The position numbers and the translations under genes are program-made. Positions 1 through 14,437 of a stretch of 64,000 bases of DNA are shown in pieces. This DNA is from Octopus sinensis (Eukaryota). The stretch spans positions 20,460,001 to 20,524,000 of the forward strand of contig NC_043003.1 in NCBI RefSeq assembly GCF_006345805.1, read 5' to 3'. Under the pieces are notes generated by a model. That model made no database searches and was not told the origin of the DNA. It worked only from the letters and a program-made list of their open reading frames with translations. How positions within the stretch are numbered: position 1 is the first letter of the stretch; every line of letters begins with the position of its first letter.

Positions 1-902
1 CTAACCAAGCCAGAGAGTCTCCCTCTTTGATAACTGATCAAACCTAGAATACCCTTTAGAAATTCTTCGTGTCTGTTTAATCTTTACCAGTCACTCTTGA
101 ACAACTCATTTCCATTCGAAGTGTCATTTTTCACAACACTGTGGCACTCAATAACTGTCTTCCAACTTTACGATCAATTTGTCAATTCATATGTGTCAGC
201 ATGTCCGTTATAGCTGTTAATAAATGAGAGATGACCATCTTCTTAGAAATCAAGCGGGAATAGAAATTTGAATATGAATTTAAGGAATACAACGAAGAAA
301 ATAACAGATTTCTCATTTAATTGTTTGTCTAGTATGAAGTTCTTACACTTTCTAGTTGTTGAGGACCATGTATGGTGTTATTTCATCCTTACATTTGTCT
401 ACAGCATGAATTAAACTTTAACTTATAAGCTAGATATATTACGAAGAGAAACATTTTTCAATGTGTTTTAATTGTATTTTTATCATCCTTATCTTCTCCA
501 GTGTCACCGAATTTCTATTTTCTCACCATCATTTTTAAAATTATTGTCATCACCCGCAAACCTGTTTATAATAAAAGTCTTAAATTTTGCTATCATTTTC
601 ATAGCTATCATAGTTATGAACATGGATCTTTACCTTTTGACCGGCAGATTTAGAAAATAATTTTTTGTAACTTAACACTTTCAAACTTCGTATAGTGGTA
701 GAATGTGTCATATAAAACATCTATTACTCTTAACGTTTTTGAGAAAAGTTTATATTTACGAAGTTATTTCGTGTTAAAGTTGTTGTATTTCGGTAATTTC
801 AACAAATCAATGACGTGTATTCAGCTTAATAAAATTACTGCAACAACAACATCCGGTGGTGCAAAAGATGTTTTATATGACACATTCTACCAGTGTCCGA
901 AG

Positions 903-1113
903 TCGTATATATATAAATACGTTTGTGTGTCTGTGTTTGTCCCCCAACATAGCTTGGCAAACAATACTGGTGTGTTTACGTCCCGTAACTTAGCGGTTCG
1001 GCAAAAGTTACCGATAGAATAAGTACAAGGCTTACAAAGAGTAAGTCCTGGGGTCGATTTGCTCGACTAAAGGTGGTGCTCCAGTTAAGTGACTGAAACA
1101 AGTAAAAGAATAA
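903..1113 (+). mobile_element. SINE-C 3' half
   Basis: gtgtttacgtcccgtaacttagcggttcggc...tgactgaaacaagtaaaaga. Confidence 0.8.
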
Positions 1114-1737
1114 ACCGAAAATTTAAAATATTAATACAATGTAAGAAAGGGGTATAACGGCATTGCTACTTTATTGTGCCTGGGGAGAGTCATTCACTTT
1201 TAGTGCCTTATTATTTAACACACTCACGGTTCCATTACCACCCATTTACTTCTGAATTTTTTCTAAAGTTTTCGATGCGTCTTGCAACCTTTTCAATAAT
1301 CGTTGACTCTGTCCGTTATCAGATCCGCGTTCTTTTTGTTTGTTTATTTGTGCGCATGTATGTGCGTCAGTTTGCAAGCGCATACACCTATGTATATATG
1401 TATGTATGTATGTATATATGAATGTATGTATGTATGTATGTTTGTATGTATGTATGTATGTATGTATGTATGTATGTATGTATGTATGTATGTATGTGCG
1501 TGTATGCATGTATGTATATGCATCTATATATGTATGCATGTGTGTATTCTGCATATTCATGTATTTGTGTTCATGCTTGTGTGTTTGTATCTGTACTTGT
1601 ATTTGTGTGTGTATATGGTCATGTATTTCAGTCTTCATTTGTGTATGTACGTGTGTATGTGTGTATGTGCTTGTCTGTCCGTATTACCTATGTAACACCT
1701 ATCTATCTGTTTAGTTACATATCCACTTACCTACATA

Positions 1738-1773
<36 letters not shown>

Positions 1774-2224
1774 TGTATGTATTTATAAATACATACATGA
1801 ATTTATATATTTATATATATATATATATATATACACGTCTACGTAACAACCTACTGACAACTCTACCGGTGTATATATAAAATGTGGGTATTGGGGTATG
1901 ATATTAATATATATTTAGAAGAGTTTTTTTTCCCTTTAATTTGAAAAGATCTAAACGTCAAAATAGTATTTTCGACTTTCTATATATTTTTTTCATTATT
2001 TTGTGAAATATTAACATCACGCGCCAGTAAAGTGTTTCAAGGCATAATAGCAAATAAAGATATCAGTATGAATGTTATAATCTTTTTAGTTTCCATGAGA
2101 GCTAAGAATTTAAGGGTTACATATATTATATACGAGCATATAATATATGTAACTGTATCGACCAAATCATCGGATGTAGATATACACGGCTGGCCACAAT
2201 GCGCGTCCTCACATTGTTGTGACT

Positions 2225-2420
2225 TACGAGTGATGCTAACCCACTGGCTAGGCGGACTGGTCAGCATTTCCCTTGTATGGAACGTCAGTCGGTCTTTGAG
2301 TTGAATGGGATTGAGCAACATGAAATGAAGTGTTTTGCTCCAGAGCTCAACGCACCGCTGTTCTGGGAATCGAAACCGTGATCTTGCCATCGTGAATACA
2401 GCACACAAACCACTAGGATT
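2225..2420 (-). mobile_element. SINE-B, degenerate
   Basis: gagcaacatgaaatgaagtgttttgctc...gggaatcgaaacc. Confidence 0.6.
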
Positions 2421-2519
2421 TATAGATATGGAGTGGTGCATGGCGTTGTGGTTTGGAATGTTGCATTTACGATCGTGTGATGCAACGTATGTTTTTCTAT
2501 GTAGGGAAAATAATGTATT

Positions 2520-2562
<43 letters not shown>

Positions 2563-2588
2563 GTCTCTCTGTCTCTCTCTGTCTCTCC

Positions 2589-2642
<54 letters not shown>

Positions 2643-2651
2643 TCTTTCTCA

Positions 2652-3064
2652 CTTTTACTCTCTTTTACTTGTTTCAGTCATTTGACTGCGGCCATGCTGG
2701 AGCACCGCTTTTAGTCGAGGAAATCGACCCCAAGACTTATTCTTTGGAAGCCTAGTACTTATTCTATCGGTTATATTGTCGAGACACTAAGTTACGGGGA
2801 CGTAAACACACCACCATCTGTTGTCAAGTGATATTGGAGGAGGGGGGAACAAACACAGACATACAAACATATACACACACATATACACATATACATATAT
2901 ACAACAGGCTTCTTTCAGTTTCTGTCTACCGAATCCACTCACAAGGCTTTGGTCGGCCTGAGGTTATAGTAGAAGACACTTGCCCAAGGTGCCACGCAGT
3001 GGGAATGAACACAGAACCATATTGTTGGTAAGCATGCTACTTACCACACAGCCACTCCTGCGCC
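2652..3064 (-). mobile_element. SINE-C full length (~410 bp; tRNA-like head, CORE-like segment, internal microsatellite)
   Basis: Head ggcgcaggagtggctgtgtggtaag; gcaccttgggcaagtgtcttctactat; tail ggtgctccagcatggccgcagtc...aagtaaaagag. Confidence 0.9.
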
Positions 3065-3126
3065 ATATATATATATATATACACACACACATATGCATGC
3101 ATATCATACTATATTAAATTATATAT

Positions 3127-3538
3127 ATTTCTTTATTGCCCACAGGGGGCTAAACATAGAGAGGACAAACAAGGACAAAGTGTTTCAGTCGATTAAATCG
3201 ACCCCGGTGCGTAACTGGTACTTATGTAATCGACCCAGAAGGGGTGAAAGTCAAAGTCAACTTCGGCGCAGTTTGAACTCAGAACCTAACGGCAGACGAA
3301 ATACCTATTTCTCTACTACCCACAAGGAGCAAAGAAGGACAGACAAACGGATTAAGTCAATTATATCGACCCCAGTGCGTAACTGGTACTTATTTAATCG
3401 ACCCTGAAAGGATGAAAGACAAAGTTGACCTCGGCGGAGTTTGAACTCAGAATGTAACGGTAGACGAAATACCGCTAGGCATTTTGCTCGGCGTGTTATC
3501 GATTCTGCCAGCTCGCGGCCCTTGCCAGCTCGCCGCCC
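3127..3538 (-). mobile_element. SINE-D dimer (head-body-tailB-body-tailB)
   Basis: Two body units separated by junction gaaatacctatttct (~3298). Confidence 0.85.
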
Positions 3539-3622
3539 TATATTAGATTATATAGAAAAACATACGTGCCTAGTGTGTTCATGCATATTTGGGTGTGTAT
3601 ATACATATATAAAATTTGTATA

Positions 3623-3665
<43 letters not shown>

Positions 3666-3939
3666 GTGTGTGTGTGTGTGTGTGTGGTGTGTGTGTGTGT
3701 GTGTGTATGTGTGTGTGTGTGCTTCCATCTGTACGTATAATATTTGTAAGTGTTGGTATACCTGTATGCACATATGACACCAGCAATATCGACGCCAGAT
3801 TCCTTTAAACACATATGTCCAGTATACATCAAATTCAGTCTTTATCGGTTATCAGATTCTTCAAAACCACTGTATGTATAAGAATCTCCAACATTCTTCA
3901 ATTCTGATTTCCACTGAAACTATACGCTATTTACAAACA

Positions 3940-3994
3940 GATTTGGAATTATACATATATAAATATATATGTATATATATGTGTGTGTGTGTGC

Positions 3995-4038
<44 letters not shown>

Positions 4039-4385
4039 GCGCACACTGGCGCTCTCATACAATCTCATTACGTACTTATACACCTCACCAGCAGAGACAC
4101 CCTGATTTATAAAGAGCATTAATCTTTGTATAAGAGTTTATATTGATTTATAGATATGGAGCAATACGAGTATGTCTCAATCAGTATATGTTTCCGCGTA
4201 CACACACACACACACACACGCAGATACACACTCTTCAGCACGCGCGAGCACGCACAGACGCATAACACACACTAAAGCACAGATATACAACCTCCATATG
4301 TATGTGTGGTGTATATATATATATACACACACGTATATATATACATGTATATATATGCACACACACACACATATATATACATGTG

Positions 4386-4433
<48 letters not shown>

Positions 4434-4470
4434 TATACATATATATATATACACAAATATATATACATGT

Positions 4471-4511
<41 letters not shown>

Positions 4512-4591
4512 CATACACATGTCTGCATCCATATCTTTACATATATATACACATATATAGATGCACATATATATTTATGCATACACACATG

Positions 4592-4633
<42 letters not shown>

Positions 4634-4800
4634 AGTGTGTGTGTGTGTGTATAAACACACACTCACACATATGCCTGTACATAATGTGTGGAGATGAGAT
4701 GATCATATATATATATATATATACATACACGCTTAATAAGACACACACATGCGCACACGCATATATTCATATACGTGTGTATGCGTCAGTACGTGTGCTT
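3940..4800. repeat. Compound (TA)n/(CA)n microsatellite field; similar fields at 1390-1835, 10740-11200, 13630-13850, 33650-33870, 35750-35950, 55510-55980, 56340-57150 and 63140-64000
   Basis: Direct inspection. Confidence 0.9.
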
Positions 4801-5216
4801 GTCTATATGTATGTTCGCGTTTGTCTATTCGTGTGTTTGTGTGGAGTATGATTGACATGTCTAAGCATGTGACAAGAAAATAGAATCATTGATTTAAAAG
4901 TATAGCAATAACTTCCTCTCACCTGCTGATCACCTCCTTTACTTCACTCATATTACTAAAAGCTTTTCAGTAATTTCTATAATTGGGTCTGCTAAAACGC
5001 TTCAAAGAAGCCACATTTGCCAATTAAGTGAGTTGGTATATTTCGTGGTAAAAGTTCTTAAGTTCGCCCTCGGTTACAGTCCCTGATATATAGCCTTCCC
5101 TAAATCAATTTCCTGTCTTTCGTCTCGCTCAGTTTAATCAGAAATTATTTAATCAGAAATTAATTCTCTGTCAGAATCACAGTTACGTAAGAAATGACCG
5201 CTGTAAACTAGAAGTA

Positions 5217-5535
5217 GTGGAGGCGCAATGGCCCAGTGGTTAGGGCAGCGGACTCGCGGTCGGAGGATAGCGGTTTCGATTCCCAGACCGGGCGTTGTGT
5301 GTGTTTATTGAGCGAAAATACCTAAAGCTCCACGAAGCTCCAGCGGCGGGTGGTGGCAACCCCTGTTGTACTCTTTCGCCCCAACTTTCTCTCACTCTCT
5401 CTTCCTGTTTCTTGAGTAACGCTGCGATGGACTGGCGTCCCGTCCAACTGAAGGGGGGTGGCACATACGCCACAGAAACCGGGAAACCGGGCCCTTGAGC
5501 CTGGCTAGGCTTGAAAAGGGCGCATAAATAAAAAG
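5217..5535 (+). mobile_element. SINE-A (tRNA-Arg-like head), tail type 1, full length with TSD
   Basis: A box TGGCCCAGTGG, B box GGTTTCGATTCC; perfect 12-bp TSD aaactagaagta (5205-5216, 5536-5547). Confidence 0.9.
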
Positions 5536-5931
5536 AAACTAGAAGTAAGCAACTAACTAGCGGAATGAGTTACTCGGTTTCGATTTCCGGTTATAAAGCT
5601 CGTTCACTCATTTAAATCGTTATTAGAAAAATGTCATATCATAAAATTCACGCAACTCTCATCCGCTTCTAATAAGCACGAAAATGAACAAGGACTTGAA
5701 CTCAACCGTCTAGTGGTTAATATGTTTCTTGTGGAGATACAGGACGTCTACTGAGTAACTAAAATTGTTTCCGATAATGGTTAATGTATTTACTAAGTTT
5801 AGAGTTATGTTCCTTTAATTTTACTAGAAAATAAAATATAACATCATTAAACGTATCCAAACCTCTCAATGTATTTGACAATAACTTCTATGTATAAATT
5901 GAATAATTGATTCATTACTTAATCACAATAA

Positions 5932-6118
5932 AGGCGCGAAGCTTAGTGGTTAGAGAGTTGAGGTTAAGATCAAAAGATAGTGCATTCATGTTCTGTGATG
6001 GGCAGCGCGTTGTGTTCTTGGTCAATGCATTTAAGTTCACTTCATTCCAATCTATTTAACTGCAATGACTAGCAGCCTGGCACTGATGCTACCCTCTCTA
6101 CATAAAGATGGAAGGGGC
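5932..6118 (+). mobile_element. SINE-B, degenerate
   Basis: ggcgcgaagcttagtggttag...gcgcgttgtgttcttgg. Confidence 0.55.
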
Positions 6119-6120
6119 TA

Positions 6121-6217
<97 letters not shown>

Positions 6218-6301
6218 ATAAGATTGATATTTAAAATACCGATCTTATCAGGTGGCCGGATTGAGAATAAAAACCTTTCAAAGGTAATAATTACTTAAAA
6301 T

Positions 6302-6413
6302 TATAATTTTGGGTATCTAAGAGATACCTCCATGAACATTTAATGTGGTTTTAGAGTCAAGCTTTGACTGCTATTTCCAGCGTGGAGGTACCTTTTAGAT
6401 ACCCTAAATTATA
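6302..6413. mobile_element. Small MITE with ~30-bp imperfect TIRs
   Basis: tataattttgggtatctaagagatacctcca versus reverse complement of tggaggtaccttttagataccctaaattata. Confidence 0.45.
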
Positions 6414-6788
6414 TTTATATATATATATGTCTGTTCGCGACTATAAAGGAACCTAAAATTATTAGCGAAAATATATATGTTACGAAGCTACATTTGCTCG
6501 CGACAGACAGCTGACTGTACTTTGTAATTAAACAAATTAGTATTGAGGGAATAAGAAAGAAATATAACATTCATTTCATTCTAACAAGTATTACCAGAAT
6601 AAGTAGAAGGGTGGGGAGCTGGTCTAGTCGTAAGCACACCGGAGAAAATGCGTAGCTGCATTTCGCTCGTCGTTATGTCCTGAATTCAAATTTCATTGAG
6701 GTCGACTTTCTTTCTTTTCATCCTTCAGCGTCGATAAAATAAGTACGAATCAAACAGTGGTGTCGATGTACCGAAAGCAGAAAGGGTT

Positions 6789-6990
<202 letters not shown>

Positions 6991-6995
6991 TATTA

Positions 6996-7220
6996 GGGCG
7001 ATGAGCTAGTTGGATCGTTAGCACGCAGGACAAAATGTTTCGCGGCATTTCGTCTGTTTTTACGTTCCGAGTTCAAAATCTGCTGAGGTTGACTCCGCCT
7101 TTTATCTCTTCAGAGTCGATAAAATAATTACCAGAAGAATGAGCGCTGTGGTCATTGTAATCGATTAGCCCTCTCTTTCAAAGTTTCGAGGTCTTGTGCC
7201 TATAATAGAAAGGATTATCA
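6996..7220 (+). mobile_element. SINE-D monomer, old (another degenerate copy at 6610-6790)
   Basis: gggcgatgagctag...gagttcaaaatctgctgaggttgac...gtcgataaaataattaccag. Confidence 0.7.
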
Positions 7221-8029
7221 AAGTAAGTACGAAGGTGATGAGCGGACAGAATCATTAGAGTCGGACAAATTAATCGAATTATTTGTTCTGGTAATATTAC
7301 GATTTGAACGTCTTTCATCGTAAGTAAATACTTAGATCTGACCCCTGAAAACATGCTTTACTAAGATCGAATGTGACGGTCTAACTATAGAGAATACTTC
7401 AGATTTATTTGAGAGTCGTTTGGAGAAGTTGTGACATACATTTCTCTTGACGTCATGAATATGTTATTAAAGATTCAAAACCAGCGCAAAAATATAGCTC
7501 ATAACCCCATTTCTTGTTAGAACCTACTTTCTAAGTCTGCATTCTAAAGATAATTTTTAACAATGCAGAACAATGGCCCGACGGAAATTTGATTTTTCCG
7601 TTACTTTTAATGATTTTTTCGTACACTTTTCCCCTCTAGATATAAACAATGACAGTGAAATGAAATGGTTGAAAATGTTAGGGCAAAGGTAAAACGGAAA
7701 GAAGAGAATAAAACAGAAAAGAAAATATCTGTAGATGAAAAGTAAAAAACCTCTACTTCCTTTCTATTCTCTCGCAAGAATCGGACATGTCTTGTGTCTT
7801 GGTACCACAATAGGGATTATGTGTGTATATATGTTTGCATATATATATGTATATATATTTGTGTGTATTTGTGTGGGGGTGTGTGTATGTGTATGCCATA
7901 ATAACGGTTGTATTGAGTCGCCCGTTGTGGAGAAAAAATCCAGTGTTACTAAGAATGGAAATTATTCAAAAAACAATAATCGATTCTTCATAATTCTATG
8001 AATTCAATATTCGACATTATATTTCCTTT

Positions 8030-8030
<1 letters not shown>

Positions 8031-8076
<46 letters not shown>

Positions 8077-8108
8077 TAATAATGATAATAATAATAATGA
8101 TAATAATG

Positions 8109-8144
<36 letters not shown>

Positions 8145-8150
8145 GTAAAA
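8031..8150. repeat. (AAT)n microsatellite
   Basis: Direct inspection. Confidence 0.95.
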
Positions 8151-8320
8151 ATAATAATCTCAATGATAGAATTGAAAGCGACACCAACAACAATGATGTC
8201 TTTATTTCCCACCAAGGGCCTATTTGCGGAGAAAAGAAATGCGTTACAACTTTGTCACAAAATTTTGTGGCGATCAGACTCAAGATGTCATATAAAACAA
8301 AGGCGAGAAGAAAAGATATA

Positions 8321-8600
8321 CGTGGTCTGATCAATAAGTATCAAGACTGTTGCTATAGTAACAAAGTTAAAGCTCGTAATGTAAAGCCGCTAGGCACAGT
8401 TTGACTTTAAACTTTGCTGTGCATGCGCACTAAGTTTTAAAGTTCTAGTACCCTTCCACAGTTTACAGCAGTTGTTGGAAGGAAGGTATATAGTGTGTGA
8501 GCGTTGCATTGACCATGACAGAGAAAGTTGAGCAGAGGATCTTCATCAAATTTTGCCAAAAGCTTCGCGATACCTGCTTAGAGGCCTACGCATAGTTTTC
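8321..8600 (+). mobile_element. mariner 5' fragment
   Basis: TA followed by cgtggtctgatcaataagtatcaagac terminus; ATG at 8515 gives MTEKVEQRIFIKFCQKLRDTCLEAYA*. Confidence 0.7.
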
Positions 8601-9926
8601 AAACAGTTTTCGTTGTTCTCGACATACTGAACAATTTCTCAAAATACTGAACAATTTCTTCAACCACCAGTTCCGAAAAAAGCTGTGAGCAACTCGAGCG
8701 TCAGAGTAGTTGAGAAAAGACTCACATCTTCCTAATACTTAACATTGCAAAGTAATGTCCTGCAGTACCTTATCTCTTACTTGTTCTCACATAATCGGTA
8801 TCTTCTACACTCAAATATGCATTGGTTATACCCTGAGAGACATTGTGAACGTCATATATATATATCGAAGGAAATGGGCTTCTACGCGTACATCCTACTC
8901 GTCGTCATTGGGCGGTACAATATTTTTTATTATTTAGACGAGCTTCCTCGTTTTTCTTTCACTCATTCCAATGATCTCAAAATGTAAGGTTCTTGTTCAT
9001 CTTCAATACAGAGTATTGACTCAATATCACAAGACGATTCACAGGAGCAGTTGGTTAATACCGCGGTCTCTGGCTGTTGGCTTTTGGGATCGAGGGCAAG
9101 GAGATCATTTACGTTGTTCTCGGTGACCCGACCAGTTGTGCTTTGAGAACTGTATTTTATATGGCTTACTGTTCTCTTCTTTCCTCTTTCTCAAAGGACC
9201 ATTTAAAGATCCATTTAAAGTTTTCCGGGCAGAAAGACTTTAAATGGCTCTACAATGTTAGACTGAAAGGATTTCTTTTCATACACAGAAAGATGCAACT
9301 CTGAAATTGCACGCTAGGTTTTCTCACTTATTAGACATGTTATGTCTATACAGATGTCATTTTGAGACTGTCACAATCCGATTAATGCCATCAACCTGAT
9401 TAGTGCCCGCAGTTATGCTAATGAGTCAGATCATCAACAACTCCATAAGTGCCGCAGATATGTCAATGTCACTGGTCCGACACAGTAAACTTGTGCTGCT
9501 TCATCTCGTGTATTGTTGCACAAACCTGTGAATTGTGTACGTTATTCTAACCCAGCTGGTATCTTCACCGCCCTCACGATTATTAAAAGCATGTGATACT
9601 ATTCCATAATCCCTTCTCTAATCGATGGAAGAGACACCACTGAACACATCAGCAAGGATTATTGTCTGATGTTTCCCTGAAGGAAAATCTGTTTTTAATT
9701 ATGCAGAGACATATGGCTTTCTTCTGTGCTCGCGTTTGAGAAGCATCGCCTTTTGTCGCAAATGTAGATGTTTTATCTTAAGCTTTACATATGGTCCTTT
9801 TTTGGATAGCCTTGCTAGCGAAAGACTTCCTGGCCCCTTCCTATAAAGAACACTTTCGCCCATTAATTCCCGCTTGCTTACTTGGTTTTAATAAAAGTAT
9901 ATGAGTATGTATGTGTGTATTTATAT

Positions 9927-10139
9927 TGATTTCGAATTTTGGCATAAGGCTGGTAATTTCTGAGGAGGGAGGAAGTCGATTACGTCGACTCCGGGGCTCA
10001 GCTGGTACTTTTATCAACCCCGAAAGGATGAAAGGTAAATTCAACCTCTGTAGAATTTGAACTTAGAATGTAAAGAAGGACAAAATGCCGCGAAGCATTT
10101 CTCCTGGTGTGGTAACGATTCTGCTACCTTGCCACCTTA
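9927..10139 (-). mobile_element. SINE-D monomer
   Basis: ccccgaaaggatgaaagg...gaatttgaacttagaatg. Confidence 0.75.
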
Positions 10140-10749
10140 AAATGTGTGTTAATATTGTTATTAATAGCAACATCTTTCAAATTATTCAAATTGACAAACA
10201 TATTTAATCGTTTAAATATAATTCATTTTGTGGTTTGAGCTTTGCTGCGGAATTGAAATTTTTCTTTTTCTTTGGCGTTTATTTATTTTCTGTGTCGTAC
10301 GTCCATGATCGATTTTTCTAATAGAGCACGTTTTTTCTCTACTGAGATATACATCTTGAATTAGTTGTAAACAGAAGGAGAAAATATACTGATGTCCAAA
10401 AGCAACAGCCCTTACATTACCACAACCACTCTCGGTGAAGGGGACGACGGCCAAATCCTTCCAGGATGTTTATTATTGAAAATTCGCCAAGACTGAATAT
10501 TTTTCATTCAGTTGTACATGGTAAATTGCTGTGAATCCTCGGGGAATTTTGGAACTCGTCCCTACACTGTGAATGCAATAATAAGAATTGTAATATTCAC
10601 AACAACAAAGGCAATTATTACAAGAACGACAAAAATGACAACAAGAACAACATTAATGTGGAAACATATAAAGAGAATTGAAGAAACTTCACAAAAGAAA
10701 CTAAATGTCAAAACACGCGCACACAAACACTCTCACACACACATATGTG

Positions 10750-10790
<41 letters not shown>

Positions 10791-11047
10791 TCACACACAT
10801 ACACACACACCTATATATACATTATATTACTTAAAGGGATGGGGAGAGGGAAGAGAGAAAGCAAGCGAATATATATAGATATATATACGTATACATACAT
10901 AAATACATACGTACATATATATATATACATATATTATATATATATATACATATATAATATAATATATATATATATATATGTGGTGTGTGTGTATATATAT
11001 ATTATATATATATATTATATATGTATGTATATATATATATATATGTA

Positions 11048-11081
<34 letters not shown>

Positions 11082-11534
11082 ACATATATATTAAATGTCT
11101 GTGTGTGTATGTATTTAGAAGTGCGTGTGCATATGTATGTGTATTGTGCATGTCTATGTGCGTGTATGTACGCGCACGCACGTTTAGTGTACGTGTACGT
11201 GAGTTTGCGATGATATTGATTATCGCATTTTAAGTTTTTATTTTCGCTCTAGAAAAATAAGCAAATCTAATTTGGTCTATATGAATTTTTTTTTTCTCAG
11301 CGAAAATTAGGATCATATAGAATCGATTGATATAACCATTTTCAAGCGAATATAGATAAAGAATAGTCTTTAATATCATATTCAGAACCACAAAATCCAT
11401 ACTGAAGTCTCTATCTCCAGTTTTGTTCTGTCAGTGGAGTAAAGATATAAGTTATAGGATACTAGTCTACTGCAGTGTGGGTTTTTTTCTCGGGAGAAGG
11501 AATGAAAGGGGCGTGAAGTGTGTACTACTCGAAG

Positions 11535-11941
11535 TTCTTTTCTACTCTAGGCACAAGGCCCGAAATTTTTGGGAAGGGTGTGGGCAGTCAATTAGATCGA
11601 CCCCAGTACGCAACTGGTACTTAAATTATCGACCCCTTTCTTCGAAAGGATGAAAGGCAAAGTCGACCCCAGCGGAATTTGAACTCAGAACGTAGCAGCA
11701 GACAAAATACATATTTCTTTACTACCCACAAGGGGCTAAACACATAGAGGACAAACAAGGACAGACAAACGGATTAAGTTGATTACATCGACCCCAGTGT
11801 GTAACTGGTACTTAATTTATCGACCCCGAAAGGATGAAAGGCAAAGTCTACCTCGGCGGAATTTGAACTCAGATCGTAACGGCAGACGAAATACGGCTAC
11901 GCATTTCGCCCGGCGTGCTAACGTTTCTGCTAGCTCGCCAC
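11535..11941 (-). mobile_element. SINE-D dimer (head-body-tailB-body-tailA)
   Basis: Two near-identical body units; junction at ~11705. Confidence 0.9.
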
Positions 11942-12006
11942 ACTACTTGTAGTGTAGTATGTGACTACTACTCCTCGTCATTACTTTTGTCTGTCATTAC
12001 TTTTGA

Positions 12007-12302
12007 GATAGTACTTCTTGATACACCAAATATTTCGGCTGTTTTCGTTACGCTAGTGCCTGCCATAGAGAACCAAAAACTTTTCCTCTTTAAAAGTCCA
12101 ATAGATCTGTCATTTTAATGAATTTTAATTACTTTTTCCCGACGATATCTGAAAAGATACGACAATTTCAGCAAAACATATTAAGCAACACTAACAATAA
12201 ATCAAAACACATAAAAATAAACACGCTTTTGACGGGTTTATAGATATTTCAAAGTTATGATGCTATGATGCTAGGTGTTTCCATTACTTTGTCCAACCCC
12301 TG
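12007..12302 (-). mobile_element. Tc1-like 5' fragment with TIR
   Basis: Terminus caggggttggacaaagtaatggaaacacc (minus); colinear with 37080-37300; encodes MTDLLDF-like N-terminus. Confidence 0.7.
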
Positions 12303-12419
12303 TTGATATGTAAATATCAATATGTATACACACAAATTTATTTATGTATGTATGTATGTATGTATGTATGTATGTATGTATGTATGTATGTATGTATGTA
12401 TGTATGTATGTATGTTTGA

Positions 12420-12870
12420 AGGAATAGTTGTTTTCTGAAATGAACTGGAGGTCATCCACAATAAATTTTCTATCTAAATGCTCCGGTATTTGGCATTTCA
12501 TACGGAAATGAATCTAGTCCGTATTTTATAGCTTCGATTTTATAATTATCTGGAATGTTGCCAGATTCACATCAAATGTGACATTATAGGTCTGTTCGTA
12601 TACTCTAGTAGGAATATCATCTATGAATCTCTTTACGTGCTTGTGGAAAAGCTTTAGTACAATGTCTAGGAATTTACTTAAACGATGTTATTCGCAAGAT
12701 GGGCCTGCTTAAATAGGTTTTCGTTTTACCTACAATGGTGACGGTACTTTCACACAATTAATTAATTTTTGCTTTTCCACATGTTTCATTAATTAGTTTA
12801 TTCTTAAGTATTTTAGGTAGTCCTTAGAAGTTCTTATTTTATATTTAAAATTTGTTAGATAACACTATGT
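12420..12870 (-). mobile_element. Penelope-like element RT fragment (degenerate)
   Basis: Minus strand [55 protein letters not shown] match PLE RT motifs (RPIIAGP...RLS.FLD; FDV.SLYTNIP; ILENNYF). Confidence 0.8.
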
Positions 12871-13790
12871 AACTAATATTTTGTTTTAATATTTTTACCT
12901 ATTTGCTTCAATCTAGAAATCAAAGAAAATGACTACTATTTCCTTAAAACATTGCTTTTGTGACCCGGGCATCAATGTTTTGAAACTGACATATTTTCCA
13001 TTAAATTTCAGACAGATTCAGTGCTGAGCTGCTGAAGCAGAAATATCGTAATAGCAAATATTCTGCTCAATACCACAAATTTGCTTGTCAGTTACTTGAC
13101 CGTAACCACTTGAGCATGTCCCTTAGTGGCTGACAATATGTGCCTCTTTGATCACGAGCAGGAGTAGTGGCGGAGCTTCACAACCATGAGTTGGGAGGAA
13201 TTCTTTGGGGTTTGAATAAATGTTACAAAAGCAAAGTTTGAAAGCCATTTTTTAATTCATTCTAGGAGTAAGCATACAACAGTTGCTACCCAAGGACAAA
13301 GTCGTGTTACACAAAGTGATTTAATGCTTTATCGTTTAATAAATTTCGATATGTGTGTAGTTGTTTGATACTTTTTCACAGGATTGTAATTTTTGCTCTC
13401 TTCATAGAATACATTGTAACATATTCAATACAATATTCGCGTAATATTCTGTATCTATGACAACAACTGAACATCTTCTGATTTCCTTAATGATTGCACT
13501 TTTACCAACCTGTTAGGGGATCCATTGTTGTGTTAAAAAAACAACAAATTGTTTTTAGATTTTTCTATAGGAAACTTCGAAATATGCGCACAGAATTTAC
13601 CAAGAGCTGTATTTCTTCCTATGCATAAATGTGGTGTGGCGCGCGCGCGTGTGTTGGTGTGTGTGTGTGCGTGCGTGTGTGTATATGTATGTATGGATGG
13701 ATGGATGTAAAGTTGTGTGTGCGAATGTATGTACACATACACTATACATACATACATACATATATATGTATCTATGCATATATATATATG

Positions 13791-13835
<45 letters not shown>

Positions 13836-13848
13836 ATATATTATATAT

Positions 13849-14138
13849 ATAAATTATAAGAGAGACCATATGTGGATAGCTCTAGTGCTAAAAATAGCTC
13901 CGTTACTAGTATAGCCACAGAAAGATGTTTCCAAGAAGAAAAAACATCTATTTTTCGTTATGTTTCATTTTCCTTCCGTTAAATGTTAAAGAAGAAAAAC
14001 ATTACATTTAACGGAAGGAAAGTGAAACATAACGAAAAAATAGATGTTTTTCTTCTTGGAACATCTTTCTGTGGCTATACTTACGGAGCTATTTTTAGCA
14101 CTAGAGCTATCCACTAGTGGTAACTCTCTTATATTTAT
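13849..14138. repeat. Near-perfect palindrome (foldback/MITE-like), ~137-bp arms, 17-nt loop
   Basis: 13849-13986 is the reverse complement of 14004-14138 apart from a few small indels; abuts a (TA)n tract. Confidence 0.9.
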
Positions 14139-14186
14139 GTATAAATTGTATTACTCCCTGTTTTACGTGCCTATATATATATATAG

Positions 14187-14349
14187 GGCGCAGGTAAGAA
14201 GCTGTGGTAAGAAGCTTGCTTCCCAACCACATGGTTTCGGGTTCAGTCCCACTGTGTGGTATCTTGGGTAAGTGTCTTCTACTATAGCTTCGGGCAGACC
14301 AAAACCTTGTGAGTGGATTTGGTAGACGGAAGCTGAAAGAAGCCCGTCG

Positions 14350-14381
<32 letters not shown>

Positions 14382-14406
14382 GGTGTATGTGTGTGGTGTG
14401 TGTGTG

Positions 14407-14437
<31 letters not shown>

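Noticed and set aside
1175-1330. Dispersed repeat also at ~17455-17525 and ~23790-23900
   Set aside because: Clearly repeated but unclassifiable from sequence alone; nothing indicates novelty.
5217-5295. tRNA gene calls for SINE heads (also 15123, 22657, 27086, 32450)
   Set aside because: A and B boxes are present but no acceptor stem can be formed, and each head runs into a SINE body.
8700-9700. Minus-strand Cys-rich remnant (VLTNCSCESSC) suggesting a decayed DNA transposon
   Set aside because: Too many stops and frameshifts to assign by eye.
10212-10454. 80-aa minus-strand ORF
   Set aside because: No domain similarity recognised and no acceptor; bounded by nearby stops.
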